Assembly (NCBI GenBank): GCA_028700115.1
Contig: JAQVTI010000006.1
Coordinates: 15,505-47,504, forward strand
DNA length: 32,000 bases
Source: Candidatus Iainarchaeum sp.
GTDB lineage: Archaea; Iainarchaeota; Iainarchaeia; Iainarchaeales; CSSED10-239
Direction of reading: 5' to 3'
In this document: in pieces, positions 9,368 through 17,579 of the stretch
Layout of the letters: every line of letters begins with the position of its first letter
Position numbering within the stretch: position 1 is the stretch's first letter
Program-made: the position numbers and the translations under genes
The notes under the pieces: generated by a model
The model's database searches: none
What the model saw: the letters and a program-made list of their open reading frames with translations, nothing else
Told to the model about the DNA's origin: nothing

Positions 9368-9901
9368 TTATTTATTAGAAACAAAAGGTATTGTGAATAA
9401 ATTATATTTTATATCTGGCCCACCTTCAATTTCATCAATTATTCTATTTACAATTACTTTTACTGGGTCTGGTAGCATTTCAATATCATTTATTTCTTTA
9501 AATGATTTAAACTTTCCTTTTTCTTTAATATGCTGTATTATTGCCATTCTATGTTTTTTTCCAATCATTGGAAGTAAATCTAATTGATGTCTTCTAAGTC
9601 CTATTGGTTTTGCAATATTAAAAAAATTTACAAATTTAGATTCATTTTTTATAACAATTGTTTCAATTGCTTTTTCTAATTCCCTTTTTGCATTTATAGT
9701 CATTTTAGAATAATTTATTCTTCTTACAATTTGATTTTCTGTGTTTATAATTTCTTGAGGTTTTACATCTTTATCGCTAATTATTTCTAAAATTGAAAAA
9801 TTAGATAGACCTATACATTGTATTACTGATGTATGTTTAAATTTTATTTCTTTTTTCAATTTATCTAAAACAATTGCTTCTTTAATCATATATAACCTCA
9901 T
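9368..9901 (-). CDS. DUF655-family nucleic-acid-binding protein (OB + helix-hairpin-helix type)
   Basis: Position between rpoF and ksgA is the conserved archaeal context. The RRHQLDLLPMIGKKHRMAIIQHIKEKGKFKSFKEI helix-hairpin-helix-like region is present. The start may instead be ATG 9889 (MIKEAIV...), which follows a GAGGT Shine-Dalgarno site. ATG 9901 overlaps the rpoF TGA stop. Confidence 0.7.
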   Translation of the reverse strand: MRLYMIKEAIVLDKLKKEIKFKHTSVIQCIGLSNFSILEIISDKDVKPQEIINTENQIVRRINYSKMTINAKRELEKAIETIVIKNESKFVNFFNIAKPIGLRRHQLDLLPMIGKKHRMAIIQHIKEKGKFKSFKEINDIEMLPDPVKVIVNRIIDEIEGGPDIKYNLFTIPFVSNK

Positions 9902-10221
9902 TTTTTGTATTTTTCAATAATTTTTAGTATTTCTTCTTTTGTTTCATCATTTATTTCTTTTTCTTTTTCAAGTATTAAATCGAGTTCTATTTTATTTGGG
10001 ATTATATCTACTATTTTTGTTGCAATTTCATTTGAAACTTGTGTTTTTTCTAAAATTTCATCTTTTAATTTTTTTGCATTTGTAGGAGTTATTAATGCAA
10101 ATAGTTTAGAATGTTCATATGCTAATTTTTGTTCATAATTTAATTCTTTTTCTTTTGATTTTTCTGAAAGTATTTTCTTTACTTCTGAAATAGTAACTCC
10201 TTCTATAAATTCTGTGTTCAT
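9898..10221 (-). CDS. rpoF: DNA-directed RNA polymerase subunit F (Rpo4)
   Basis: 107 aa, acidic/lysine-rich helical protein. ATGA overlap with L21e upstream and with DUF655 downstream, which is the conserved operon position. Confidence 0.7.
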   Translation of the reverse strand: MNTEFIEGVTISEVKKILSEKSKEKELNYEQKLAYEHSKLFALITPTNAKKLKDEILEKTQVSNEIATKIVDIIPNKIELDLILEKEKEINDETKEEILKIIEKYKK

Positions 10222-10532
10222 TTTTTATCCCCTTTAATTAATTGAAATATTTTTTTTAAATGTACTTTATGAGATATTATTTTTTTCTTTTTATTTCCAT
10301 CTTTAATATCTACAATTGGGGAATTTCCTTGAAATCCTATAACTTTTCCAGTTTTTCCATATGTTCTTCTAAAAGGCATTCCTTTTTGAATAGAACTATT
10401 TATATTAATTTGTACTGTGTCTCCAACTTTTATTTCTTTTATCATTTCATTAACAGTTGTCTTTGCTCTTACATTTCTTCTAAGAACATTTCTAGTTCTT
10501 GCTCTTTTTCCTTTTGCTTTTTTATTTGCCAT
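10218..10532 (-). CDS. rpl21e: 50S ribosomal protein L21e
   Basis: Basic N-terminus KGKRARTRNVLRR, SH3-like core VGDTVQININSS..KGMPFRRTYGKTGKV, 104 aa. Confidence 0.9.
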   Translation of the reverse strand: MANKKAKGKRARTRNVLRRNVRAKTTVNEMIKEIKVGDTVQININSSIQKGMPFRRTYGKTGKVIGFQGNSPIVDIKDGNKKKKIISHKVHLKKIFQLIKGDKK

Positions 10533-10779
10533 TATTTTTCACTTTTTTATTTTTTTAATTATTTTTGAAAAAATATTTATTATATATTTTCTTTATTCTT
10601 TTAAGAATTAGAAACTATACTTATAAATATTTAAATCTATTAATAAATATATAATATAGAACAGATAGTTTTTAAAAGGGTTTTTTTATATTTTAAAAAC
10701 TTAGTATTTATAAACCCCTTTATAAATCTTTTCATTATATATTAAATATATTTAGTTATTTTAAAAAGGTGGGGTTTTT

Positions 10780-11325
10780 ATGAGTAATTATACAATTGTA
10801 AATTTAGTTGCATCTAGTAATTTAGGGCAAACACTTGATCTTTATAATCTTGCTGCAGCAATTCCTGATGTAGAATATGAACCAGAACAATTTCCTGGTG
10901 CTATTTTTAAATTAAAAGAACCAAAAGTATCATTATTATTATTTAAAAATGGAAAAATAATTATTTCTGGGGCATCTTCTGAAAAAGATATTGTTGCAGG
11001 AATAAAAAAAGCAACTAAATTAATTGGAGAAATTGAAAAAAATGTTAAAATAAAGGCTTCTCCAAAATATGAAATTGTAAATTTAGTTGCAACTTCTTCT
11101 TTAAATAAGACTATTGATTTATTTCAAGCTGCAGTAACTTTAGATGATATTGAATATGAACCAGAACAATTTCCTGGTGCTATAATTAGATTATATAATC
11201 CAAAGATAACACTTTTACTTTTTAAAAATGGGAAATTAATTTGTGCTGGTGCTAAATCTGAAGATGATATTAATAAATCTGTAAATAAAATTAAAAAATT
11301 ATTAAAAGATAATAAATCTGAATAA
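10780..11325 (+). CDS. tbp: TATA-box binding protein
   Basis: Two internal repeats (IVNLVASSNLGQTLDL..YEPEQFPGAIFKL and IVNLVATSSLNKTIDL..YEPEQFPGAIIRL), 181 aa, GGTGGGG Shine-Dalgarno site upstream. Confidence 0.95.
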   Translation: MSNYTIVNLVASSNLGQTLDLYNLAAAIPDVEYEPEQFPGAIFKLKEPKVSLLLFKNGKIIISGASSEKDIVAGIKKATKLIGEIEKNVKIKASPKYEIVNLVATSSLNKTIDLFQAAVTLDDIEYEPEQFPGAIIRLYNPKITLLLFKNGKLICAGAKSEDDINKSVNKIKKLLKDNKSE

Positions 11326-11473
11326 TTTTTTTATTTTTCTTATTTTTTTGCATCTGTTGCAGGTACTATTTTTGCAAGAGATTTATTTAAAGGTATTTTT
11401 TCTACAGAGTTTGCAGGTATTGCATTAAAGGATTTTTCATCTTTGTTTCTGCTTTTATTTAAATTTATTTTTC

Positions 11474-11554
11474 ATTTTTCTTAGTTTTTATAGTTTTTTT
11501 AAAATACCCTTAAACCATATCTATTTAAATCTTTTTTTTAATATTATTTTTGAT
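11474..11554 (+). repeat. 81-bp dispersed intergenic module, copy A (T-runs + TATA-like box)
   Basis: Ungapped alignment to 31737-31817 gives 76/81 identical positions, including a 34-nt exact core ctatttaaatcttttttttaatattatttttgat. Confidence 0.9.
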
Positions 11555-11579
11555 TTTTTAATGTATATTAAAAAAAACA

Positions 11580-11590
11580 TTTATTTAAAA
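11580..11590 (+). promoter_or_regulatory. TATA-like box upstream of the 5S rRNA
   Basis: tttatttaaaa ends 24 nt before the predicted 5S 5' end, a spacing consistent with archaeal promoters. Confidence 0.4.
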
Positions 11591-11613
11591 ACATTGTGGT
11601 TTATAATTATTTT

Positions 11614-11729
11614 GTTAGCGACCATAGGAATAAAGAAACACCTGGTCCCATTCCGAACCCAGAAGTTAAGTTTATTTCCGTTCTTGGATGCTGTTAGTTC
11701 TTGCTAGCTGCGACTTGATAGTTGCTAAC
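11614..11729 (+). rRNA. rrf: 5S ribosomal RNA (free-standing)
   Basis: Contains the conserved CCCATTCCGAACCCAGAAGTTAAG block. The terminal helix pairs GTTAGCGAC (5') with GTTGCTAAC (3'), 9 bp including one G-U pair. A T-run follows. The region is locally much more GC-rich than its flanks. Confidence 0.9.
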
Positions 11730-11871
11730 TTTTATACTTTTTTTAATTTAAAATATTTTTTTAAAAATTTATTTTATTTTTTTCTAATTTTTCTAATTTT
11801 TAAAAAAACAATTCTTTTTAATATATTTTTGTTTATAATCTATATTATATATTAATAAATTTTGAATAATT

Positions 11872-13806
11872 ATGACTGAAAATAAAGATAAACCTTTTTT
11901 AAGTAATTATAAATTATGGATATTATTAATTTTAATTTTTGTTCTAGCTTTTGCAATAAGAGGGCATTTATTAAAATATGATTATATGTTTGAGTTTGAT
12001 ACCTATTGGCATCTAAGAGCTACAGGATATATAGTTCAAGGTGATTTACCAGATGTTGATCCTTTAGGTTTTTATAAACAAGAATCTTCTGCATATACTA
12101 GAAGACCTCAATTTTTATGGTATTTTACTGCTGCTCTTTATGCTTTATTTACATTAGGTGCATCCTATGATAAATGGCTTTTAATGAGTTTTGCTAGGCT
12201 TTTACCTGCAATTTTTGGTGCATTAATTTCTTTTTCAATGTATTTTTTAGGAAAAGAAATATATAATCGAAAAGCTGGTTTTGTAATGGGGGTTATTTCT
12301 GCAACAATTCCTGCATTTGTATATAGAACAATGGCTGGTTTTTTTGAAGAAGATGCACTTGGTTTTTTATGGTTAGTTTGGGGTTTTATTTTTTTAGTTA
12401 AAGCTTTGAAAAATATGCATTCTACAAAAAAACATTTAACAAATGGTTTAATCTCTGCTGTATTTTTTGCACTTATGTCTTTTACATGGGATATGTTTAT
12501 TTTAATTCCATTAGTTTTAGTTTTTTATTTTATTGCAAATACAATATATATGGCTTATAAAAATTCTAGTAATTCTGAGATTGCTTCTTTTGTGAAGATT
12601 TTTTTAATTATTTTTATTGTTTTTTTCTCACTTGCTTCTCTTTATCAAGGAACTGGTTGGGTAAAAAAAACTACAAATTATGTTACTGATTATCTTCCAG
12701 TTTCTTCAGAAAATATAGATAGAATAAATAAACAAACTATTAATTCTTCAGATGTTGTTGGAGCAACTGTTGGTGAAGAAAATACAGGTAAACAATTTTT
12801 TTTACTTAAGTATAATTTTTCTGTATGGATTCCTTTTGTGGTTTTAGTTTTAATGATTTTTTATTTATTATTTAATCCTAAAAAAGATTATTTTACATTA
12901 TTATTATTCTTTTGGATTGCAATAACTTTATTTATGGCATGGTCTAAATTAAAATTTACATATACTTTAGGTATTCCAATTGCTGCTGCTACTGGATTTT
13001 TATATTATTTTTTAGAAAATTATGTTATTAAAAAAAATTCTATTTTATTAAAAAGAATTTTTGTAATATTTATTAGTATAATTATCCTTTCTTCAATTGC
13101 TGCAGGATCACATTTTGTATCTACAAAAGTTCCTCATATAACTACCGAAAATGATTGGAGAAATTCATTATTTTGGATAAACGAAAATACTTCTCAAGAT
13201 GCTAAATTTTTAAATTGGTGGGATTATGGTCATTGGTTAACTTATTTTGGAGAAAGAAAAGCAAGTACTGATAATACAAATTCTTCTATTGAAGGGGATT
13301 CTGATTTTGCAATGCTTACAATTACTACTGATAATAATACAATTAAACATATTTTAACAGAGTATGATGCAGAATATTATATTGCAGATAATTCTTATTT
13401 TTCTAGATTTTATTCTTTTGGAATGTATGCTTATATTACTACAAATTATCAAGATCCAAGAATTTCTAAATATTTAACTTATTCTTCAGATTGTCAAACA
13501 GGTTCTATTAATAATGAAATTGTATATAAATGTGGAGAGCAAATGATTAAAAAAGAGGAATATGATAAAATTTCTACAAAATGGACTGATAAGCCTACAA
13601 CTATAATGAATGGTGTTCCTGTTTATATCTATAGAGATCCTAACTTTTTAAAATTATATATTTTAAATTCTTCTGGAAATAATTCTTTTTTATCTAGATT
13701 ATGGTTTGGAGAAAAAGAAATATCTAATCTTTTTTCTTTAGAACATCAAGAGGGAAAAGTAAGGGTTTATAAAATTAATAAAGAATATTTAGATAGTTTT
13801 AATTAA
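11872..13806 (+). CDS. aglB: Oligosaccharyltransferase AglB (STT3 family)
   Basis: WWDYGHW catalytic motif, FEFDTYWHLR first-loop acidic motif, a polytopic N-terminal membrane domain and a soluble C-terminal domain. Confidence 0.9.
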   Translation: MTENKDKPFLSNYKLWILLILIFVLAFAIRGHLLKYDYMFEFDTYWHLRATGYIVQGDLPDVDPLGFYKQESSAYTRRPQFLWYFTAALYALFTLGASYDKWLLMSFARLLPAIFGALISFSMYFLGKEIYNRKAGFVMGVISATIPAFVYRTMAGFFEEDALGFLWLVWGFIFLVKALKNMHSTKKHLTNGLISAVFFALMSFTWDMFILIPLVLVFYFIANTIYMAYKNSSNSEIASFVKIFLIIFIVFFSLASLYQGTGWVKKTTNYVTDYLPVSSENIDRINKQTINSSDVVGATVGEENTGKQFFLLKYNFSVWIPFVVLVLMIFYLLFNPKKDYFTLLLFFWIAITLFMAWSKLKFTYTLGIPIAAATGFLYYFLENYVIKKNSILLKRIFVIFISIIILSSIAAGSHFVSTKVPHITTENDWRNSLFWINENTSQDAKFLNWWDYGHWLTYFGERKASTDNTNSSIEGDSDFAMLTITTDNNTIKHILTEYDAEYYIADNSYFSRFYSFGMYAYITTNYQDPRISKYLTYSSDCQTGSINNEIVYKCGEQMIKKEEYDKISTKWTDKPTTIMNGVPVYIYRDPNFLKLYILNSSGNNSFLSRLWFGEKEISNLFSLEHQEGKVRVYKINKEYLDSFN

Positions 13807-13817
13807 AGTGATTTTTT

Positions 13818-14840
13818 ATGAATATATTATTTATTTTTTTGTTTTTTTTTATATTTTCTTTTTTATTTTCTTTGATTTTATCTAAATTTTTTACAAAAAA
13901 ATTTATATATATTACAAAGAAAAACAATTTTTTAGGAAAAGACATGAATAAAATAAATAAACCTTTAGTGTCTGAACTTGGAGGAATACCTGTAATTTTA
14001 TCTTTTATAATTTCTTTAATTTTTTCTTTTTTATTTTATATAATTTTTTCTTTTGATATTTTTAATATTTATAATTTATTTATTTTGTTTTCTGTATTTT
14101 TAATAATTATGTTAATTGCATTTTTAGGATTTATAGATGATACTTTAGGTTGGAAAAAAGGAATTTCCCAATTTCAACATTTTTTATACCCTATTATTTT
14201 TTCTTTACCAATAATTTTATTAACTTTATTTTTTGGAAAAACTAGTTTTTATATTCCTTTATTTGGGAATTTATATATTGGTGTGTTATATTCTTTTTTA
14301 CTTGTTCCAATTGCAATTACTGCAACGACAAATGCTTTTAATCTTCTAGCAGGATATAATGGTTTAGAAGCAGGTTTAGGAATTATAATTTTTTTTACAA
14401 TTTCTATATTTACTATATTTGAACAAAATTTTATTATTTTAATAATTCTTGCTTGTTGGGTGGGTGCTTTATTTGGGTTTTTACATTTTAATAAATTTCC
14501 TTCAAGAATATTTCCTGGGGATATAATTACTTTAGTTAATGGTGTTTTAGCAGGTGTTTGTGCAATTATTTTAAATTTAGAAATTTTAATTGCTTTTTTA
14601 ATAATTTTATTTATTATAGAATTTATTATTAAAGCAAAATATAAATTTAAAACAGAATGTTTTGGGATAATTTCTAAAAATGGGATTATTAAACCAAATC
14701 CAAAAAAAGGTTCTTTAATTCATTTTGTTTTATCTAAAGGTGTTTTTACTGAAAGGAAATTAGTTTATTTTTTTTATATTATTCAAATTTTAATTTCAGT
14801 TATTTCTTTAGTTTTATATTTTTTAATTTTTTATAATTAA
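13818..14840 (+). CDS. Glycosyltransferase family 4 polyprenyl-phosphate HexNAc-1-phosphate transferase (AglH/WecA/MraY-like)
   Basis: Polytopic membrane protein with FLGFIDDTLGWKKG, NAFNLLAGYNGLEAG and FPGD motifs. It lies directly downstream of aglB. Confidence 0.8.
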   Translation: MNILFIFLFFFIFSFLFSLILSKFFTKKFIYITKKNNFLGKDMNKINKPLVSELGGIPVILSFIISLIFSFLFYIIFSFDIFNIYNLFILFSVFLIIMLIAFLGFIDDTLGWKKGISQFQHFLYPIIFSLPIILLTLFFGKTSFYIPLFGNLYIGVLYSFLLVPIAITATTNAFNLLAGYNGLEAGLGIIIFFTISIFTIFEQNFIILIILACWVGALFGFLHFNKFPSRIFPGDIITLVNGVLAGVCAIILNLEILIAFLIILFIIEFIIKAKYKFKTECFGIISKNGIIKPNPKKGSLIHFVLSKGVFTERKLVYFFYIIQILISVISLVLYFLIFYN

Positions 14841-14855
14841 TTTTATCTAAAAAAT

Positions 14856-15944
14856 TTATTTATTAAAATAATTAGAAATTCTTTTTTGAAATAAAGCATT
14901 TTTTAAGATATTTGATTTTTCAAACCAAAAATTACTTTTATTTCTAATTTTATATATTTGGTCTAAATATGTTTTAAGTTCTTCTATATTTTTAAAAAAT
15001 TCTGGTTTTTCTAAAAGAGCACATTTTATACTTTCTCTAATTACCCAAACTCCTTTAGATTCATATCCTTTTTCTATATCTCTTATAACTAAAACACTTG
15101 CAGTTCTTTTTTCTTTTTCTAAATATTTATTTATTTCTAATCTTGTGGCATAATATGCTCCTGTTACATTATTTGCATATTCTTTTTTTGCAAAATTTAA
15201 TTCATAATCATTATTTATTATATCTTCTGTGCCTTCCATCATTTCAAAATTCCATTTAAAGGGCATAAATATAATATAAAATTTATTTTTATAAAAATCA
15301 AATTTATATAATCTATATTCATTTATTGGATTATAATTTATAGTTTTTTCTAAAATATTTTTACTTAAAATATCATCTACTGCAGTTATTGCAAATTTAG
15401 TAGGTACAAATATTTTTTGGTTATTTATTCCTAAAGATCCAGAAGATAGAATTTGTTGTATTTTATAAACATCTTCTTTTTTTTTAAATAAATATTTTAT
15501 TGCTTCACTTGCCTTTATATCTCCTTGGGATGTTATTTTTTCAATATGGTTTGAGATTTTGATATTATTTATTATTTTAAATTTTTCAAAGTCATAAGCT
15601 ATATTTGAAATACCTATTTCTTTTTCAATAATTAATTTTTTTTTAGATTGCATTTGCATTTCTATTTCAGCTACATTTTTTGCTTGTGTTAATAGTTTTA
15701 ATTCTGTAATTTCTTTTGTATTTTTTATTGCATCTTTTTTATTTAACATTTTAAAACTAAATTGTTGATTTTTTCGATAGTTATCAATTTCTTTTTCATC
15801 TTTATATTTTATCCATTTTTTTGGATCTTGTTTTTTTGCATTTTCATAATCTTTATAAAAGCCAGGTCCAATTGAAATTTTTGGAAAGTTTTTAGAACTT
15901 ACAAATATAAAAGGTTTTGAAAATCCATTTTTTTCTTTAATCAT
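14856..15944 (-). CDS. nreA: Archaeal Nre-family DNA repair protein (NreA-like) with C-terminal PIP box
   Basis: PFIFVSSKNFPKISIGPGF (Nre_N-like) and GAYYATRLEINKYLEKEKRTASVLVIRDIEKGYESKGVWVIRESIK (Nre_C-like). The C-terminus QKRISNYF fits the PCNA-interaction motif Qxx[ILM]xx[FY][FY]. Confidence 0.65.
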   Translation of the reverse strand: MIKEKNGFSKPFIFVSSKNFPKISIGPGFYKDYENAKKQDPKKWIKYKDEKEIDNYRKNQQFSFKMLNKKDAIKNTKEITELKLLTQAKNVAEIEMQMQSKKKLIIEKEIGISNIAYDFEKFKIINNIKISNHIEKITSQGDIKASEAIKYLFKKKEDVYKIQQILSSGSLGINNQKIFVPTKFAITAVDDILSKNILEKTINYNPINEYRLYKFDFYKNKFYIIFMPFKWNFEMMEGTEDIINNDYELNFAKKEYANNVTGAYYATRLEINKYLEKEKRTASVLVIRDIEKGYESKGVWVIRESIKCALLEKPEFFKNIEELKTYLDQIYKIRNKSNFWFEKSNILKNALFQKRISNYFNK

Positions 15945-16112
15945 GTTTTTTCTTTTTTTTTAAGATAGATTTAAAAATGATTTTAAGTATATATATATTA
16001 TAATTATATCCTTTAATATATATTTTTATATTATTTATGACTTTGCTGTAAAAGTCAATAATTTTATATCAAACTATTATAAGGTTTGGGTATTAAAAAA
16101 CAGGTGTGGGTT

Positions 16113-16598
16113 ATGTTTAAATTATTACGTTTATTTATTAATAAAGATTCATCTCCTAAAATATCTAGGAGAAATAATATTGCCATTTTTGTAGATGGAC
16201 CAAATATACTTAGAAAAGAATTTAATATTGATCTTTCTAAAATTAGAACTTATTTAAATAATCAAGGTTCTATAAAAATCGCAAAAGTATATTTAGATCA
16301 ATATGCTACAGATAAATTAATGGAAGCAGTAGTAAATTTAGGTTTTGAAACTGTGATTACTGTTGGAGATGTTGATGTTGCTATGGCAGTTGATGCAACT
16401 GATACAGTTTATAATAAAGAAATAGATACTATTGTTTTTGTTTCAAGAGATTCAGATTATTTACCTTCTATTTTAGTTGCAAAAAAACATGGTAAAAAGA
16501 CAATGGTTTTTTTAGTTGAAGAAGGTTCTGCTATTGCTTTAAAAAATACAGTTGATCAGGTTGTTTTTATTAATAAATTAAAAAATGAATTTAGATGA
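16113..16598 (+). CDS. NYN/LabA-like (DUF88) putative ribonuclease
   Basis: IAIFVDGPNILRK, DVDVAMAVDA and VFVSRDSDYLP acidic motifs of the NYN/LabA fold. I prefer ATG 16113, preceded by AGGTG 7 nt upstream, over the TTG 16086 in the ORF track. Confidence 0.7.
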   Translation: MFKLLRLFINKDSSPKISRRNNIAIFVDGPNILRKEFNIDLSKIRTYLNNQGSIKIAKVYLDQYATDKLMEAVVNLGFETVITVGDVDVAMAVDATDTVYNKEIDTIVFVSRDSDYLPSILVAKKHGKKTMVFLVEEGSAIALKNTVDQVVFINKLKNEFR

Positions 16599-17092
16599 AT
16601 ATTCCAATATCAAAAGCTTTAGTTGAAAATGTTTTATTAAAAGATGTGTTTCCAGTTAAGCTTTTTATAGATTTAAAAGAAAAAGAATTTTCAGGATATA
16701 TTTATTTAGTTATAGATTCTGAATTTGGTTTTGAAGAGTCTATAATCCTTTTTTTAAAAGGAGATATTTGTGGATCAATTTATTATAATGATTATTTAAA
16801 TATTGAACAATTTGGGCGTAATGCTTTAGAATTTGGATTTAATTGTTTTGGTTTTAGGAATGGTATTTTGAATATTTATGAATTATCTTTAGATCAAATA
16901 AAATTACTTTTGATATTTAATGACAAAATTGTTTATAATTTTAAAATTAAAAAAAAAGATATTTCTAAAATAATTTTTAATTATAATCCAGATAAGCTTA
17001 AAAAGTTTGTAGATAATAATATTAATATAGATAATGTTACTAAATATAATTTGTTAGATAAATTTCATTTAAATGATATTTTAAGAAATTAA
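16595..17092 (+). CDS. Hypothetical protein, PATAN/DUF4388-like or DUF2226-like N-terminal domain
   Basis: ATGA overlap with the NYN gene. FSGYIYLVIDSEFGFEESIILFLKGDICGSIYYND resembles the 'fsG.l.v....g.i.f..G.iv.A.y' pattern of PATAN-type domains. Weak, motif-level only. Confidence 0.45.
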   Translation: MNIPISKALVENVLLKDVFPVKLFIDLKEKEFSGYIYLVIDSEFGFEESIILFLKGDICGSIYYNDYLNIEQFGRNALEFGFNCFGFRNGILNIYELSLDQIKLLLIFNDKIVYNFKIKKKDISKIIFNYNPDKLKKFVDNNINIDNVTKYNLLDKFHLNDILRN

Positions 17093-17148
17093 CTATGTTT
17101 AAAGGAATTAACTATGTTTAAAGGAATTAACTATGTTTAAAGGAATTA
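17087..17148 (+). repeat. 19-bp tandem repeat (aattaactatgtttaaagg) x3 plus a 5-nt partial copy, spanning a start codon
   Basis: Exact copies at 17087-17105, 17106-17124 and 17125-17143. Each carries an ATG (17095, 17114, 17133). Confidence 0.95.
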
Positions 17149-17573
17149 CATCATTAATATCAAAATTTTCAAATAGAATTTTAGATATAGAAGATAGTTT
17201 ACCTCCAAGAGGATTAGAATCTCTTTTAGAATATAGAGCAATAAATTTAAGTTCTAAAGATTTAGATGATTTTCTTTTAAAGCTTAGAAGTAAGCATTTA
17301 GTAAATCATATAATTGTAACTGATCTTGATGGAATTGTAATTGGAAGTACAGATAAAGATTTAAAAGAAGGTTTTAAAAGTGCTGCAATGTATAATTATA
17401 TAAATAGTGAAGTTAAAGATTTATCTATAATTTTAATAGAATCAAAAGGTTGGCAAATTATTTTTAAAAATAATAATAAAGTTTATTTTATTAAAGCAAA
17501 TGATAATCTTACAAGAATAGAAGTACAAGCTCTTGTAAATGATTTAGAAAATTATTTAAAATTTATAAAGTGA
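17133..17573 (+). CDS. Roadblock/LC7 (MglB-like) domain protein, putative
   Basis: VNHIIVTDLDGIVIGSTDKD ... SAAMYNYINSEV ... SIILIESKGWQIIFKNNNKVYFIKAN fits the Roadblock/LC7 pattern. 146 aa. Confidence 0.5.
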   Translation: MFKGITSLISKFSNRILDIEDSLPPRGLESLLEYRAINLSSKDLDDFLLKLRSKHLVNHIIVTDLDGIVIGSTDKDLKEGFKSAAMYNYINSEVKDLSIILIESKGWQIIFKNNNKVYFIKANDNLTRIEVQALVNDLENYLKFIK

Positions 17574-17579
17574 TTAAAA

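Noticed and set aside
9393-10611. Four plus-strand ORF-track entries (9393-9587, 9905-10138, 10260-10568, 10417-10611) opposite DUF655, rpoF and rpl21e
   Set aside because: All are F/S/I-rich antisense shadows of confidently identified minus-strand genes, and two of them overlap each other.
11561-11710. 49-codon ATG-initiated ORF just after repeat copy A (MYIKKNIYLKTLWFIIILLATIG...)
   Set aside because: It reads straight through the 5S rRNA gene, so the 5S assignment explains the sequence better.
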